From a virus (taxonomy: Duplodnaviria; Heunggongvirae; Uroviricota; Caudoviricetes), in IMG/VR virus record IMGVR_UViG_3300032046_000003, positions 1 to 64,000 of that record: a stretch of DNA of 64,000 bases, one strand, 5' to 3'. The translations under genes were made by a program, and so were the position numbers. Position 1 is the stretch's first letter. Each line of letters opens with the position of its first letter. Of this stretch, positions 1 to 9,822 are shown piece after piece. The notes beneath the pieces were generated by a model. The model saw nothing but the letters and a program-made list of their open reading frames with translations. It did no database searches and had not been told where the DNA came from.

Positions 1-231
1 GCAATAGGCGGAATTCTTGTATTTGTGGGGATAATCGTAGGCCTATACGTTGGAGTTTGGTGGGCTTTTATTGGAGGCATAATTCAAATAATAAATGCCG
101 TTAAAGCAACTCCAGTAGAGGCAATGCCGGTTGTCATAGGCATAGCCAAAATAGTGTTCTCAGGAACATTAGGCTTTATAGCTGGCGCTGTATTATGTAT
201 TCCAGGAATGTTTTTGACACAGTATAAATAG
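1..231 (+). CDS. membrane protein, 5' partial (reading frame open to window start)
   Basis: Hydrophobic 77-aa ORF with no stop upstream in frame; track ORF 25..231. Confidence 0.4.
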   Translation, partial: AIGGILVFVGIIVGLYVGVWWAFIGGIIQIINAVKATPVEAMPVVIGIAKIVFSGTLGFIAGAVLCIPGMFLTQYK

Positions 232-244
232 GAGGTGAAGTAAA

Positions 245-469
245 GTGGGTGAGCTAGCGATATTGAGTTCTAACGGTGATGATAAGTTGATGTGGGACAT
301 TAATAACAAAGATGAAGTTGAAAAAGCTCATAAAGAGTTTGATAAGCTTAAGGATAAAGATTATACTTTCTTTGAAGTATTAAGAAATGGCGATCAAGGC
401 AAAGAAATAAAAAAATTCGATCCTAAAGTAGAGTCTATAATCTGTATTCCTACAACTAGGAAAGGATAA
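245..469 (+). CDS. hypothetical protein
   Basis: GTG start 8 nt after AGGAGGTG SD; 74 aa. Confidence 0.4.
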   Translation: MGELAILSSNGDDKLMWDINNKDEVEKAHKEFDKLKDKDYTFFEVLRNGDQGKEIKKFDPKVESIICIPTTRKG

Positions 470-471
470 AA

Positions 472-630
472 ATGATTTGTCCCAATTGCAAAGAAAAACA
501 ATGGTCTATTATGGACAAGAAATATCTAGAACTTTTTGGTCGTTGCTGGTCCTGTGATAAAAAAGATTGGGAAGCAGGTAAATTAACACTTGAAGAGTTT
601 GAACAAAGAGAAATCGAGGCCTTGAAATGA
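472..630 (+). CDS. small C4 zinc-ribbon protein (52 aa)
   Basis: Own translation MICPNCKEKQW...RCWSCDKKDW; two CxxC pairs; stop overlaps next ATG (ATGA); below track length cutoff. Confidence 0.45.
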   Translation: MICPNCKEKQWSIMDKKYLELFGRCWSCDKKDWEAGKLTLEEFEQREIEALK

Positions 631-1049
631 AAATGTATGAAAATATTTTGATAATGACTGTAGGTTTGCCCAGAAGCGGAAAAAGCACTTGGGCGAAAAA
701 ACAAAATATTCCTATAGTCAATTGTGACAGTATCAGGTTGGCCTTACACGGTCGAGCTTTTATCAAAGAGGCAGAGAAAATGGTATGGACGATAGCTAAA
801 TATATGGTAATAGCTTTATTTTACGCAGGACATAAAAAAGTGATATTAGACGCGACTAATTTTTCACAAGCAAGAAGAGACGAATGGGTTGATGGAAGAT
901 GGTCATGTAAATATATTAATTTTAAAACTTCAAAAAAAGTTTGCTTAAAAAGAGCAGAAGATAATGAAGATTTAAAAGATATTATTGATTGGATGTCAGA
1001 GTTTATAAAATTTCCTACAAAAGATTTATATAATAGGAAAAGAACATGA
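627..1049 (+). CDS. P-loop nucleotide/polynucleotide 5'-kinase-like protein (T4 Pnk kinase-domain-like)
   Basis: Walker A GLPRSGKSTWAKK near N-terminus resembles T4 Pnk kinase domain; no phosphatase domain. Confidence 0.6.
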   Translation: MKMYENILIMTVGLPRSGKSTWAKKQNIPIVNCDSIRLALHGRAFIKEAEKMVWTIAKYMVIALFYAGHKKVILDATNFSQARRDEWVDGRWSCKYINFKTSKKVCLKRAEDNEDLKDIIDWMSEFIKFPTKDLYNRKRT

Positions 1050-1342
1050 TAACTGAAATTTACTGTTCAATTTGTAAAGGCTATAATACAGTCGATATCC
1101 CGGAGCACGTGAATGGTTTACATATTATTATATGTGGCAAATGCAAACATGAGCATTATAGATGCATAAATGACGGGGTTATAACAGATAAAAGATATGA
1201 ATGTGAAGTTTTGGAAAAATTCAAGATAAATTCTTTTAGATATGAAGGAGTATGGAGAGAGAAGCCTTGGGAAAGACCAAAAGAGAGCTTATTTTTAAAT
1301 CAATTATGGGCAAGAGGTGAAGTATATGGTCACGCTAACTAA
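1046..1342 (+). CDS. Cys-rich zinc-finger protein
   Basis: CSICKG...CGKCKHEHYRC motifs. Confidence 0.4.
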   Translation: MITEIYCSICKGYNTVDIPEHVNGLHIIICGKCKHEHYRCINDGVITDKRYECEVLEKFKINSFRYEGVWREKPWERPKESLFLNQLWARGEVYGHAN

Positions 1343-2507
1343 TAATACCCGACTCTATATAGATACTTCAACCACAAATGTTTTTCGTGGTGAAGACGAC
1401 ACTACTGCTCATTGGCAACATGCAGATGCTGGATGGGTGACTTTAGATGGCACTCAAGCTACAGGTGGAACAATAACTAATATATATACTACAGGAACAA
1501 CTTGTTATACATCACCTCAACATCTTCCAGCTAATATAGATATTGATTTAAGAATAAGACGAAATGAAATAGGAATGGCCGAATTGGAAAGTAGAGTTAA
1601 TGTTGAAGGTCTTAAAACTCCATTTTCTAATCATGATTCTATAAGAAGAAGTTATGCTAGTAAAGGTGCTGTGGGATTATCTAATGCTGATTTATATTCT
1701 TTAAAAGAATTATTTGCTGCCCATTTAGTGCAATCAGCTCAACAACACGGTAAAGAAATAGCTAAAGATTTAGCTAAAAATGGATTAAAGTCTTTAGGAA
1801 TTAGTAATAAAAAAGAGGCTATAGATACTGCAATAAAAGAGACGTCAATATCAATTCTTGTTAATGGTGAAATGGTAAAATTACCTCTTTCTCAATTAGT
1901 AAAAAGTAATAAAAATTTCGTTACTGATAGAGACGAATTAGTGTTTGATTTTGACGCAGTTAGATTGGCCATTAGAAAACATAAAAAAGGTATTTATTTA
2001 GATAAGGTAAAAACTATCAATATGAGTAATAATATCGTAAAGGCTCAGATTAAACTAGAAGATGCCTATAAATTCTGGGGCATAAAGACTGCAAAAGACC
2101 TTAAAAACTTCTCTGAAGAGATTATAAATAAAGAATTAAAAGCGTTAACATTATTAAGAAGACTAGTAAGAGATGAAGAGTTTACTAAATATATGATAGA
2201 GAAATTTATAGACGTTCCTGATATTATTAATAATAGGATTTATAGAATACATAGAGATAAAAGAATAGAAGTTATAAATTCAGTTAAAAGAGCAGAAAAT
2301 TGTAAAGAAGGTCAGTCAACTGGAATAGAAGAATATTTATGTATTCATTTAGATAATCCAGGAGGGCCTATAACAGATGAAGTCATAGCTAAGTTAATGT
2401 TTGCTAAAACAAATCCTCAACAATTATTAGATAAAAGTAATAAATATAAAGCAGGACAAAATGAACCATTGCCTCAAGTTGAAGAATTAATAGTCGCAAG
2501 AGCATAA
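1326..2507 (+). CDS. hypothetical protein
   Basis: Long ORF; first ATG at 1326 (track start 1317 is GTG). Confidence 0.5.
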   Translation: MVTLTNNTRLYIDTSTTNVFRGEDDTTAHWQHADAGWVTLDGTQATGGTITNIYTTGTTCYTSPQHLPANIDIDLRIRRNEIGMAELESRVNVEGLKTPFSNHDSIRRSYASKGAVGLSNADLYSLKELFAAHLVQSAQQHGKEIAKDLAKNGLKSLGISNKKEAIDTAIKETSISILVNGEMVKLPLSQLVKSNKNFVTDRDELVFDFDAVRLAIRKHKKGIYLDKVKTINMSNNIVKAQIKLEDAYKFWGIKTAKDLKNFSEEIINKELKALTLLRRLVRDEEFTKYMIEKFIDVPDIINNRIYRIHRDKRIEVINSVKRAENCKEGQSTGIEEYLCIHLDNPGGPITDEVIAKLMFAKTNPQQLLDKSNKYKAGQNEPLPQVEELIVARA

Positions 2508-2569
2508 TTTAACAAGAAGGAGGTTTTTGTTAATTAAGTAAAGTTCAAATAAAGTAAAGGAGTATTAAA

Positions 2570-3499
2570 ATGATAAGTTTTTTAGGATTTTTAGCATTTT
2601 TAGTTTGTATATATTTGGGATATGAGCCGTTCATTAAGGCTGCACGGCATTTGTTCGAGGGTCAAGCACGCGTAACAGTTGCTTATTCATTGCCAAAAGT
2701 GATTATGTTAACTGTTTTAGGAGTATTCGTTTGGTATATGTTCGCTTCAATCATAATAATTCAGGCTGGAGACAGAGCCGTTATATTTAACGCTTTCAAT
2801 GGAGTTCAGAATAAAGTGCTAAATGAAGGTATGCACATAGTACCAAGGTTAGTAAATTCTGTATCACACTATGATGTTTATACTAAAACATGGTCTGATA
2901 TAATTCCTTGTTTATCATCAGACGGACTTCAAATGACTATGGATGTTTCTATTCGATATAGAATCAATGCTCTTAAAGTTGCTGACATAAAAAGGCGAGT
3001 TGGTGAAGATGAAGATATATTGAATAAAATTCTCATCCCGACAGCCAGATCTAAAATGAGAGATGTCACGACAACGTTTACAGCGCAAGAAGGTTACGCT
3101 AGCAAGAGAATGCAATTACAAGAAAGATACAGGGAATTGTTAGAAGAATTCTTCAAAGGGGAGGATTACATCATAGCCGAACAAATTCTTGTAAGACAGG
3201 TTACGCCTCCTCAAGCGGTAACAGATAAGATAACAGAAACTAAGGTTGCCGAACAAGACGTTGTAAAGCAAAAGAACATTTTAGAAGCACAAAAAATGAT
3301 AAAAGAACAAACTATTGTAAAAGCTCAAGCCGAAGCCGAAGCACTAAGGATTAAAGGTAACGCAATAGCACAAAGCCCTAAAATTATTCAACTTGAATGG
3401 ATAAAAGTTTGGGACGGTCACTTACCACAAATCATGACAGGTAGTGGTTCTAACTTATTGCTAAATGTAGGCGACATAAATAAAACTGCCAAGGAATAA
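2570..3499 (+). CDS. SPFH/band-7 (prohibitin/HflC-like) membrane protein
   Basis: N-terminal TM helix then SPFH-like core (AGDRAVIFNAF...DVSIRYRI) and coiled-coil tail. Confidence 0.7.
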   Translation: MISFLGFLAFLVCIYLGYEPFIKAARHLFEGQARVTVAYSLPKVIMLTVLGVFVWYMFASIIIIQAGDRAVIFNAFNGVQNKVLNEGMHIVPRLVNSVSHYDVYTKTWSDIIPCLSSDGLQMTMDVSIRYRINALKVADIKRRVGEDEDILNKILIPTARSKMRDVTTTFTAQEGYASKRMQLQERYRELLEEFFKGEDYIIAEQILVRQVTPPQAVTDKITETKVAEQDVVKQKNILEAQKMIKEQTIVKAQAEAEALRIKGNAIAQSPKIIQLEWIKVWDGHLPQIMTGSGSNLLLNVGDINKTAKE

Positions 3500-3500
3500 A

Positions 3501-3920
3501 ATGAAAAAAATATTATTGTTAACGTTTTTGTTAATTTTGTGTGCAGGCTGCATGAGTTATAAAGACTCAGAAATAAAAGAAGAGACGGCAGAAGTTATAC
3601 AATTGTCCTATATACCAGAGCTTGTTAGCAGTGTCAGTGGAATGTCGATGGGAATGGACGGTAATATAGGTATTGTAGGTGGAACATCCAGACAAGACGA
3701 AGTATGGGCAGTTGTATTAAGATGTACAGCACATAGAAAAACCTTCGCTTTAAAATCTAAAGAGCTATATGACAAAGTAAAAGCCGGGGACATGGTCACA
3801 TTAAAATATTATGAGACTATAAAATACGATAAGGACAATCCGGGCTTAGAAGAGGTCGTAGATGTTCACACAAAGCAAATCATATTTAATGATTACAGCG
3901 TAATAGATAGGAACAGGTAA
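3501..3920 (+). CDS. lipoprotein
   Basis: Signal peptide with lipobox LCAGC; adjacent to SPFH gene (NfeD-like partner position). Confidence 0.55.
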   Translation: MKKILLLTFLLILCAGCMSYKDSEIKEETAEVIQLSYIPELVSSVSGMSMGMDGNIGIVGGTSRQDEVWAVVLRCTAHRKTFALKSKELYDKVKAGDMVTLKYYETIKYDKDNPGLEEVVDVHTKQIIFNDYSVIDRNR

Positions 3921-4139
3921 TGAAAAAAGAAATAAAACCTTGCGAATGTGGCGCAAATAGATGGAAGACAGTAAAAAAGAATAATAAGTATCAAAGAAAA
4001 AAATGTTGAAAACAGCCGAAATGTTTCTGGATGTTATGAACAAAGGAGGGTTGTCAGCTTGAAATCTGTAATATGTTTAAATCAGATTAAAATATTCAAA
4101 ATTAGATCGCCCTTTGAAGGCTAGAGCTGGTACCTGTCC

Positions 4140-4391
4140 ATGAGCAAATCTCTATTTGAGTTTAACGGTCATGTAATAGATTTAAACAAAATGGTCTTAA
4201 TGACTAAAATCATAAGAGACAGACAAGAAAACATTTACGAATTTAATATAGTTTTTGAGGGCGGTTTTAAGCAAGGATTTACACATAGTGACAAAGAAGC
4301 AATTGAAGGAGCATTCGAAATAATTAAAGGCAGTTGGGAGACTTATAAAAAAGACAGGGAAACAGCAGAACTAATAGATGCACCTATATAA
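4140..4391 (+). CDS. hypothetical protein
   Basis: ORF only. Confidence 0.35.
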   Translation: MSKSLFEFNGHVIDLNKMVLMTKIIRDRQENIYEFNIVFEGGFKQGFTHSDKEAIEGAFEIIKGSWETYKKDRETAELIDAPI

Positions 4392-4405
4392 CATTAAGTC
4401 TTCAT

Positions 4406-4434
4406 TTTACATTGTTTAAATTACATGTTATAAT
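4406..4434 (+). promoter_or_regulatory. sigma70-like promoter TTTACA-17nt-TATAAT
   Basis: Hexamers read directly, 17-nt spacer; upstream of ORF 4453. Confidence 0.5.
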
Positions 4435-4452
4435 ATATATAGGAGAGGTATA

Positions 4453-4686
4453 TTGAAACTCTATGAATGCGACAACGGGACTGTAATAGTTTTAGATAAC
4501 GTAGAATTTATAAATGGCGTTAATACGGAAAGATCCAAAACAGGCCATATTTTCTACGCTTTTAAGGTTAGGTTTGTTAGTGGGGAAGAATGTCTAATGA
4601 AAGCAGATTCAAAGAAAGAAGTAGATGAGTTCAGAAAAGACTTTCTTGCAGAATTAAAGAAATATAACATAGATCAATCCATATGA
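4453..4686 (+). CDS. hypothetical small protein (C-term ..IDQSI)
   Basis: TTG start after AGGAGAGG SD; stop overlaps next ATG (ATATGA). Confidence 0.4.
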   Translation: MKLYECDNGTVIVLDNVEFINGVNTERSKTGHIFYAFKVRFVSGEECLMKADSKKEVDEFRKDFLAELKKYNIDQSI

Positions 4687-4922
4687 ACAGATTATATTTT
4701 TTAGAGGATGACAGCTCGTTTATACTATCTGAAGTGCTCGGGGTCAGTGAGATTTATAAGTATAAAGGGATATACAAATATGACATTTATTGCAGAAGTA
4801 AAAGCTTAAATAATTTTCAATTTAATGATACTGAAAAAGAGAACGTAAAGAGATCAAGGGAAAAGTTGATAAAGGCTGTTGACAATTATTTAAGAGATGA
4901 AAAAATAGACCAAAGTATATAA
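4683..4922 (+). CDS. hypothetical small protein (C-term ..IDQSI)
   Basis: ATGA-coupled to previous gene; same C-terminal tetrapeptide. Confidence 0.4.
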   Translation: MNRLYFLEDDSSFILSEVLGVSEIYKYKGIYKYDIYCRSKSLNNFQFNDTEKENVKRSREKLIKAVDNYLRDEKIDQSI

Positions 4923-5001
4923 ACAAATAACAAGCAAAAAGCAGTTATTTCGGGCGGAATCCTGGAGTGACTGTTTTTTTGTTTTTAGAAAGGAGCAAAA
5001 C

Positions 5002-5607
5002 GTGTTAAAGGAAAAATTAAAAGACGAAAATTACTTAAAACAACAGATTAATAGCATTAGAAAAAAATGTGATAATCAAGACTATCAGAAATACAGCAAG
5101 AATGTCACATCTGAATTGGACGCGATATTGAGAAAATGTTACAGGGAAGACCACCCCGAAGAGATAGCCAAAATAGAGGAAGACCTAAAGAAGCAATATA
5201 GGGGCGTTCAATACAATCAAGAGTTCTTGAATAAATTGGTCGATCAAGAAATATTAGCCGATATTCTATTAGAGAGTGAGAGAGCCGCAGGGCAGAATCA
5301 CTCTTCATATGAATGCTTATTAGATAAAATAAACATAGTCACGATGCAGGAATTATCAACTAAATCGAAAGGAGGGGTATTAATGTATGAGTTATTAGAA
5401 GAATTTCTGGATGAACTTTCAATGGAGGACCGAGACCTTATACAAAAAATCTTAGGATTACCCCCATACGATAATCCAATAACTATGGGTGATATAGCAA
5501 CAGAAATGAAGGTAAGCAAAATGACAATATCTAACAAATATAAGCAAATAAAAGACAAATTAAAGCAGAGCTTAATGGAAAAATATGGTAATAAGCCTTG
5601 CCCATAG
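5002..5607 (+). CDS. sigma-70 region-4-like HTH protein (possible transcription factor)
   Basis: GTG start with SD; C-terminal ..DIATEMKVSKMTISNKYKQIKDKLK resembles sigma region 4 HTH. Confidence 0.45.
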   Translation: MLKEKLKDENYLKQQINSIRKKCDNQDYQKYSKNVTSELDAILRKCYREDHPEEIAKIEEDLKKQYRGVQYNQEFLNKLVDQEILADILLESERAAGQNHSSYECLLDKINIVTMQELSTKSKGGVLMYELLEEFLDELSMEDRDLIQKILGLPPYDNPITMGDIATEMKVSKMTISNKYKQIKDKLKQSLMEKYGNKPCP

Positions 5608-5761
5608 TTTTAGTGTAAAGTATGCTTTTTGTTAACATTATAACAAAAATCAATAAAACAGCTTTACAGTCATTACATTAGGATATATATTAGCAGGACA
5701 ATTAAAGTTTTTGTTGCAACGAGTGAAAAAAACATATGAAGCAAAAAGCATATAGAATACA

Positions 5762-6268
5762 ATGGTAAGAATATCTAAGGTAATAGAATTAGGCTTGAGC
5801 GAACAGGTATTAGAAGCGTATAAGAGAACTAATAACTATTCAAAAGTCGCAAAAGAATTCAATTTGGGTGTGAATCATATAAGGAACTTTATATTGAGCA
5901 CTGAAAACAAAACTGATGAACTAATTACACAAGACAAGGTTTCGGCTAAAAAGAATCTCGTTCATTCCAATAATGCTCTTGAAAAGCTAGTAGAAAAACT
6001 AGAGGACATAGAAGGCTTGTTGGTGCAAATGAAGGATGAAGACGGAACCGTGACAGAAGGCAGGATAAGGGAGTACATTGTTGCCTGGAAAGGGGCAACA
6101 GAAACTTTGCAATGGTTTATAGACAAAAAGATCAAACTGCAAGAGACAATCGAGAATCAAGTATTCAGGGACAAGATAATAAAGGCAATCGAGGAGGCGT
6201 CCCCCGAAGTAGCCGCCAAGATAAAAGACGCGATAGAGAAAGAGCGCGACAAGTGGGGACTCGTGTAA
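5762..6268 (+). CDS. HTH domain protein
   Basis: N-terminal YSKVAKEFNLGVNHIRNFI helix-turn-helix, coiled-coil remainder. Confidence 0.4.
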   Translation: MVRISKVIELGLSEQVLEAYKRTNNYSKVAKEFNLGVNHIRNFILSTENKTDELITQDKVSAKKNLVHSNNALEKLVEKLEDIEGLLVQMKDEDGTVTEGRIREYIVAWKGATETLQWFIDKKIKLQETIENQVFRDKIIKAIEEASPEVAAKIKDAIEKERDKWGLV

Positions 6269-6457
6269 ATGGTCATAGACATTGCAATAATACACGATGT
6301 AATTGCAAGTGCAAAGAACAACAACTATTTGGAAGTCAGCGAAGACGTATATACGATATTAGAAAAACACATGAAGAACGGGAAATACCTGGGAATCAAA
6401 GTAGCGCTAAATGCGGCCATGAAAGATGGCTCAGCTAAATTACAACTAGGAGATTAA
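6269..6457 (+). CDS. hypothetical small protein
   Basis: ORF abutting previous stop. Confidence 0.3.
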   Translation: MVIDIAIIHDVIASAKNNNYLEVSEDVYTILEKHMKNGKYLGIKVALNAAMKDGSAKLQLGD

Positions 6458-6458
6458 A

Positions 6459-6905
6459 TTGGCAGACTTAACAAACAGATTCGCCGTATTGTTCGCTAAA
6501 ATAAATCAAGCTCAGCAGCAATTTCAAAATCAGTCTGTTTCTAAATCGGTGCCTGACATGCCCAAGGACGATGCGGAGAACAGAAGAGAGCAGAATCTCT
6601 TATATCCTGAAAAAGTCGGCAAAAAGATACGAGAGAACAAGCTCAAAAAAGAAGCAGAGTATAAGGCATTTGTCAAATCCCTGACCGACGGAGAGATTTC
6701 CAATCTCATGTTGTTAGGTAAAAAAGGCCAGTTGGTTATTTCAAAGGATATGCTTAAATCAATAGGCGAAGACGGAACTGACCTAGAATTAGATAGGTTA
6801 GACGACTACAAATTAATAAAAAGAGAGATTATTCAGGATGACGGGCTGATTCAGTTCAGTCTCACCTCATTAGGTCGCAGAGTATTGGGAGATTTAAATT
6901 TATGA
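6459..6905 (+). CDS. hypothetical protein
   Basis: TTG start after AGGAG. Confidence 0.4.
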   Translation: MADLTNRFAVLFAKINQAQQQFQNQSVSKSVPDMPKDDAENRREQNLLYPEKVGKKIRENKLKKEAEYKAFVKSLTDGEISNLMLLGKKGQLVISKDMLKSIGEDGTDLELDRLDDYKLIKREIIQDDGLIQFSLTSLGRRVLGDLNL

Positions 6906-6983
6906 GCCGTCCAGTAAACAAAGTCATGTTAATGACAAACTATACCGGTTAGGTATAATACAAAGGACGACTCTTTAATAATT

Positions 6984-7613
6984 ATGAAAAATTTATTGCC
7001 AATATTAAAATCTGAAACTATAATCCCCCTTGAGGGTTTCACTCCCGAGCAGTCGGTGAGAATAGAAAAAATACTCGCTAAGGTTCCTAAAAATATTGTA
7101 GCCGGAACTTTCAGCAAGATAGCGATGGATGCCGATATGGGAGACGGCGAAAAGTATAGAGCATATGGACGATATGATTCAAAAACTAAAATCATGATGA
7201 TAAGTCCCAAAGCCTTTAAAACTAATCAAGAATTTGATGATGGCAAAAACAAGATGTCGAAACTTGAGCACGTAATAAGTCATGAAATTGCGCATTATAT
7301 TGATTTAAATCACGGCATATCAGAAGACCCCGAATGGCTAAAGCTCAGCGGATGGTCGCAGAAACCTGAAACTGATGAGCATGTGATGATGGTCATACCA
7401 CAAGAAGGAAAAGATAATTTAAAGAGCGGTTGGTATTACAACAAGAATTCTGATTTTCCGCGTTGGTACGGGAAACGGAGCCCCCGCGATGACTTCGCGG
7501 AGTGCTTTGCTTTTTATGTAGGTGGGCTATATGACAGGTTCAAGGACAAAAACAAATTAAACTATATCAAGAATAAAATGAATAAATTGGGATTAGCGGG
7601 AAATTCAGTATAA
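6984..7613 (+). CDS. HExxH zinc-metallopeptidase-like protein
   Basis: HEIAHYIDLNHG motif. Confidence 0.5.
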   Translation: MKNLLPILKSETIIPLEGFTPEQSVRIEKILAKVPKNIVAGTFSKIAMDADMGDGEKYRAYGRYDSKTKIMMISPKAFKTNQEFDDGKNKMSKLEHVISHEIAHYIDLNHGISEDPEWLKLSGWSQKPETDEHVMMVIPQEGKDNLKSGWYYNKNSDFPRWYGKRSPRDDFAECFAFYVGGLYDRFKDKNKLNYIKNKMNKLGLAGNSV

Positions 7614-7619
7614 AGGAAA

Positions 7620-7829
7620 GTGAAGTTAATGGATCTAGAATCTGCAGAAATTAGTTTTAAATTCAAGATCGCGGTGCTGGTCTTGAATAGGCGGATAACA
7701 GATGGTGATTATATGTTAATGCACGGCCGCATAAAGAGAGAACTGAAAGAATGGGCAGACACCTGCGGCGGCAAGATAATACTACCCAACAGGAAAGTTG
7801 CGGTCGCCAAGTTCGTGGCGAAGAGGTGA
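7620..7829 (+). CDS. hypothetical protein
   Basis: GTG start after AGGAAAGTG; ORF. Confidence 0.3.
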   Translation: MKLMDLESAEISFKFKIAVLVLNRRITDGDYMLMHGRIKRELKEWADTCGGKIILPNRKVAVAKFVAKR

Positions 7830-7838
7830 AAAATAGAT

Positions 7839-8123
7839 ATGTCAAACATACCTGAAGTGCCGTTTATATTCACAGACCGCGGTGATAACGCGGGCAATGG
7901 GATGACACCAGTGGCTATGACAGATAACACGCATAACTCGCAAGAAAAAACATTCATCAATTTCAACATAGAGAAAATACGCAACGGGTTCCTGTTGCAG
8001 CAATCTGATGGTATCAGGAACAAAGTTTACTGTTCTACTATAAGCAATCTTAATAACATCCTCATAGAGGCTATTAAGGCTGCGTTCAGGGAATCTGTTA
8101 TAAAAGAAGGCGAGAGCATATGA
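7839..8123 (+). CDS. small protein, member 1 of coupled array (C-term EGESI)
   Basis: Stop embedded in GAGAGCATATGA junction. Confidence 0.4.
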   Translation: MSNIPEVPFIFTDRGDNAGNGMTPVAMTDNTHNSQEKTFINFNIEKIRNGFLLQQSDGIRNKVYCSTISNLNNILIEAIKAAFRESVIKEGESI

Positions 8124-8533
8124 ACTTGGCAGGTGACTTCGATCCCTGGACAGAACACGAAATGAGACTTGAAAGAGAGCGGGTGACAAACCGAGCGCTG
8201 GACAGGCTGTTGAATGTGCAATTGCCCCAGGAACGTGACAATGATGTAGACAGGTACGGTGCCATAAGGGACGCCATCAGGGGCGGCGCCATGGACAACG
8301 TGCCCTTGAGCCTGGGGAGCAGGCCTTGGCGGACCGAAGAGGCCCTCAAGAAAAGAGACGCCAAAAACAAGACTTTCAACATAGACGCGGAGACGATCAA
8401 GAACGGCTATATCCTGTACTTGGCCGGAGAAAAACTGTTTTGCAGGAGCGTTGACGAGATAATAGCCTGCATAGGCGAGCACATAAGGAAGAGCTACAGC
8501 AACGAGATCGTGAAAGAGGGAGAGTCCCTTTAA
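8120..8533 (+). CDS. small protein of coupled array (C-term EGESL)
   Basis: ATGA overlap upstream, TAATG overlap downstream; GC-rich. Confidence 0.4.
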   Translation: MNLAGDFDPWTEHEMRLERERVTNRALDRLLNVQLPQERDNDVDRYGAIRDAIRGGAMDNVPLSLGSRPWRTEEALKKRDAKNKTFNIDAETIKNGYILYLAGEKLFCRSVDEIIACIGEHIRKSYSNEIVKEGESL

Positions 8534-8757
8534 TGGCATCAAGCGAGAATTTTGCAGTGGAATCACCCGAGGTAGATCCAGACGGCGGAAGGGTGGAAGC
8601 GGCAGACCTTAGGTTTGAAGTCAGGGAGTTCTCAAACGGCTTGAACGTATCAGGTAAAATAGTAATAGGCAGTCTGGACGATTTGATGATAGGCAACAAG
8701 CCTATAATCGAAGCTATAAAAGAAGCCCTATGTAAACCGTTAGACGAGAGCATATGA
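8533..8757 (+). CDS. small protein of coupled array (C-term DESI)
   Basis: Junction GACGAGAGCATATGA. Confidence 0.4.
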   Translation: MASSENFAVESPEVDPDGGRVEAADLRFEVREFSNGLNVSGKIVIGSLDDLMIGNKPIIEAIKEALCKPLDESI

Positions 8758-9143
8758 TAGTCAAAGAGTTCGAAGAGAACAGCTTCGCGCTTGCCGATAT
8801 GTCTAAGATGATAAAAGAGCTCTGGCACTCAGGACTTACCAGAGAAGACATCTATTTTACAATAGGCACCGAAATAGCGAAACATTTAGAATTATTAATA
8901 GGAATGAATTTTTCATATACGTCCAATCCTCATGGTTTATCGCGAGCATTATTGCCCGGCGAGATAGACCGAATCTGGGGGGTCAAGGTGCTGTTGAACT
9001 CATCGCCGGAATTCGCCTGCAGGGTGAAGCTTGACGTCATTTACGACATGCAGAATTTCATTGATGACTTGAATCATGAATTGAAATTCACCGCCTCAAA
9101 GCAGAAAATGAGCGATTGGTGCATCATGGAGGAGAGCCTATGA
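8754..9143 (+). CDS. small protein of coupled array (C-term EESL)
   Basis: Junction GAGGAGAGCCTATGA. Confidence 0.4.
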   Translation: MIVKEFEENSFALADMSKMIKELWHSGLTREDIYFTIGTEIAKHLELLIGMNFSYTSNPHGLSRALLPGEIDRIWGVKVLLNSSPEFACRVKLDVIYDMQNFIDDLNHELKFTASKQKMSDWCIMEESL

Positions 9144-9403
9144 GTTATATGAGTGCTTTGGACGTAGACAGAAGAAACGATGCAGTTTATTCAGACCCTA
9201 TGACTAACGCGATAAAAGACATCGCGATTGACGCTAACGGTTTAATAGAACATAATTTCATCAGGAAAATAGCTCCTATTGAACCATTAAGTAGATATTA
9301 CGCCAAGCCCGTAGAAGAGGTATTATTAGTGATCAGGGCCAAATTGAACGAGATAATCAGGCATGTCAATAAAAACGTAGAGACGCTGGACGAGAGCCTA
9401 TAG
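9116..9403 (+). CDS. small protein of coupled array (C-term DESL)
   Basis: ends GACGAGAGCCTATAG. Confidence 0.4.
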   Translation: MVHHGGEPMSYMSALDVDRRNDAVYSDPMTNAIKDIAIDANGLIEHNFIRKIAPIEPLSRYYAKPVEEVLLVIRAKLNEIIRHVNKNVETLDESL

Positions 9404-9411
9404 GAGGATTT

Positions 9412-9822
9412 ATGAGCACAGCAGACCCAAAAGACACGGAAGCGATAACAGCAAGCATGAGTTTCAGCTCGGCGTCGCCACGCTATCATGCATATACCGA
9501 CACAGGTACAGAGCCTCATACTTATGGGGAATACATAGACAGAAGCAATGCAAATTCCATACAGGACAACAGCAACACAGACTGGACGGTTGCGAGGGAC
9601 AACACGGCAAACCCAAGGGACTACACCATTACGCCCTGGAGACCCGACAGGCAAAGAGAGCAAACAGCCGCAGAAGAGCAATATGCTCCCTATCAAGTCC
9701 CTTATATCGCGCCCAACGTACCGTCGAGAGTGGAAGAGCTGATATTGGAAGAGCTGAAGGCCATAAGGAAATTACTGGGGGAAAGCAAAACCCCGATAAT
9801 CATACGCGATGAGGCTATTTAA
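9412..9822 (+). CDS. small protein of coupled array (C-term DEAI)
   Basis: Next ATG embedded in GATGAGGCT. Confidence 0.4.
   Translation: MSTADPKDTEAITASMSFSSASPRYHAYTDTGTEPHTYGEYIDRSNANSIQDNSNTDWTVARDNTANPRDYTITPWRPDRQREQTAAEEQYAPYQVPYIAPNVPSRVEELILEELKAIRKLLGESKTPIIIRDEAI

Noticed and set aside
4925-4985. Possible terminator before ORF 5002 (T7 tract at 4973-4979)
   Set aside because: The T tract is real but I could not find a convincing upstream GC hairpin by eye, so it is not called.
6112-6438. Arg-rich ORF 6112..6438 in an alternative + frame
   Set aside because: It overlaps the better-supported ORF 5762..6268 and has a low-complexity basic sequence, so it is likely a frame artefact.
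8027-8566. Minus-strand ORFs from the six-frame track (e.g. 8027..8566, 7842..8189, 9298..9696, 20579..20878, 24426..24761, 30625..30951, 60815..61171)
   Set aside because: All lie antisense inside longer plus-strand genes with Shine-Dalgarno sites and conserved junctions. Every identifiable gene in the window is on the + strand. They have no ribosome-binding sites and composition-biased peptides, so I treat them as spurious.
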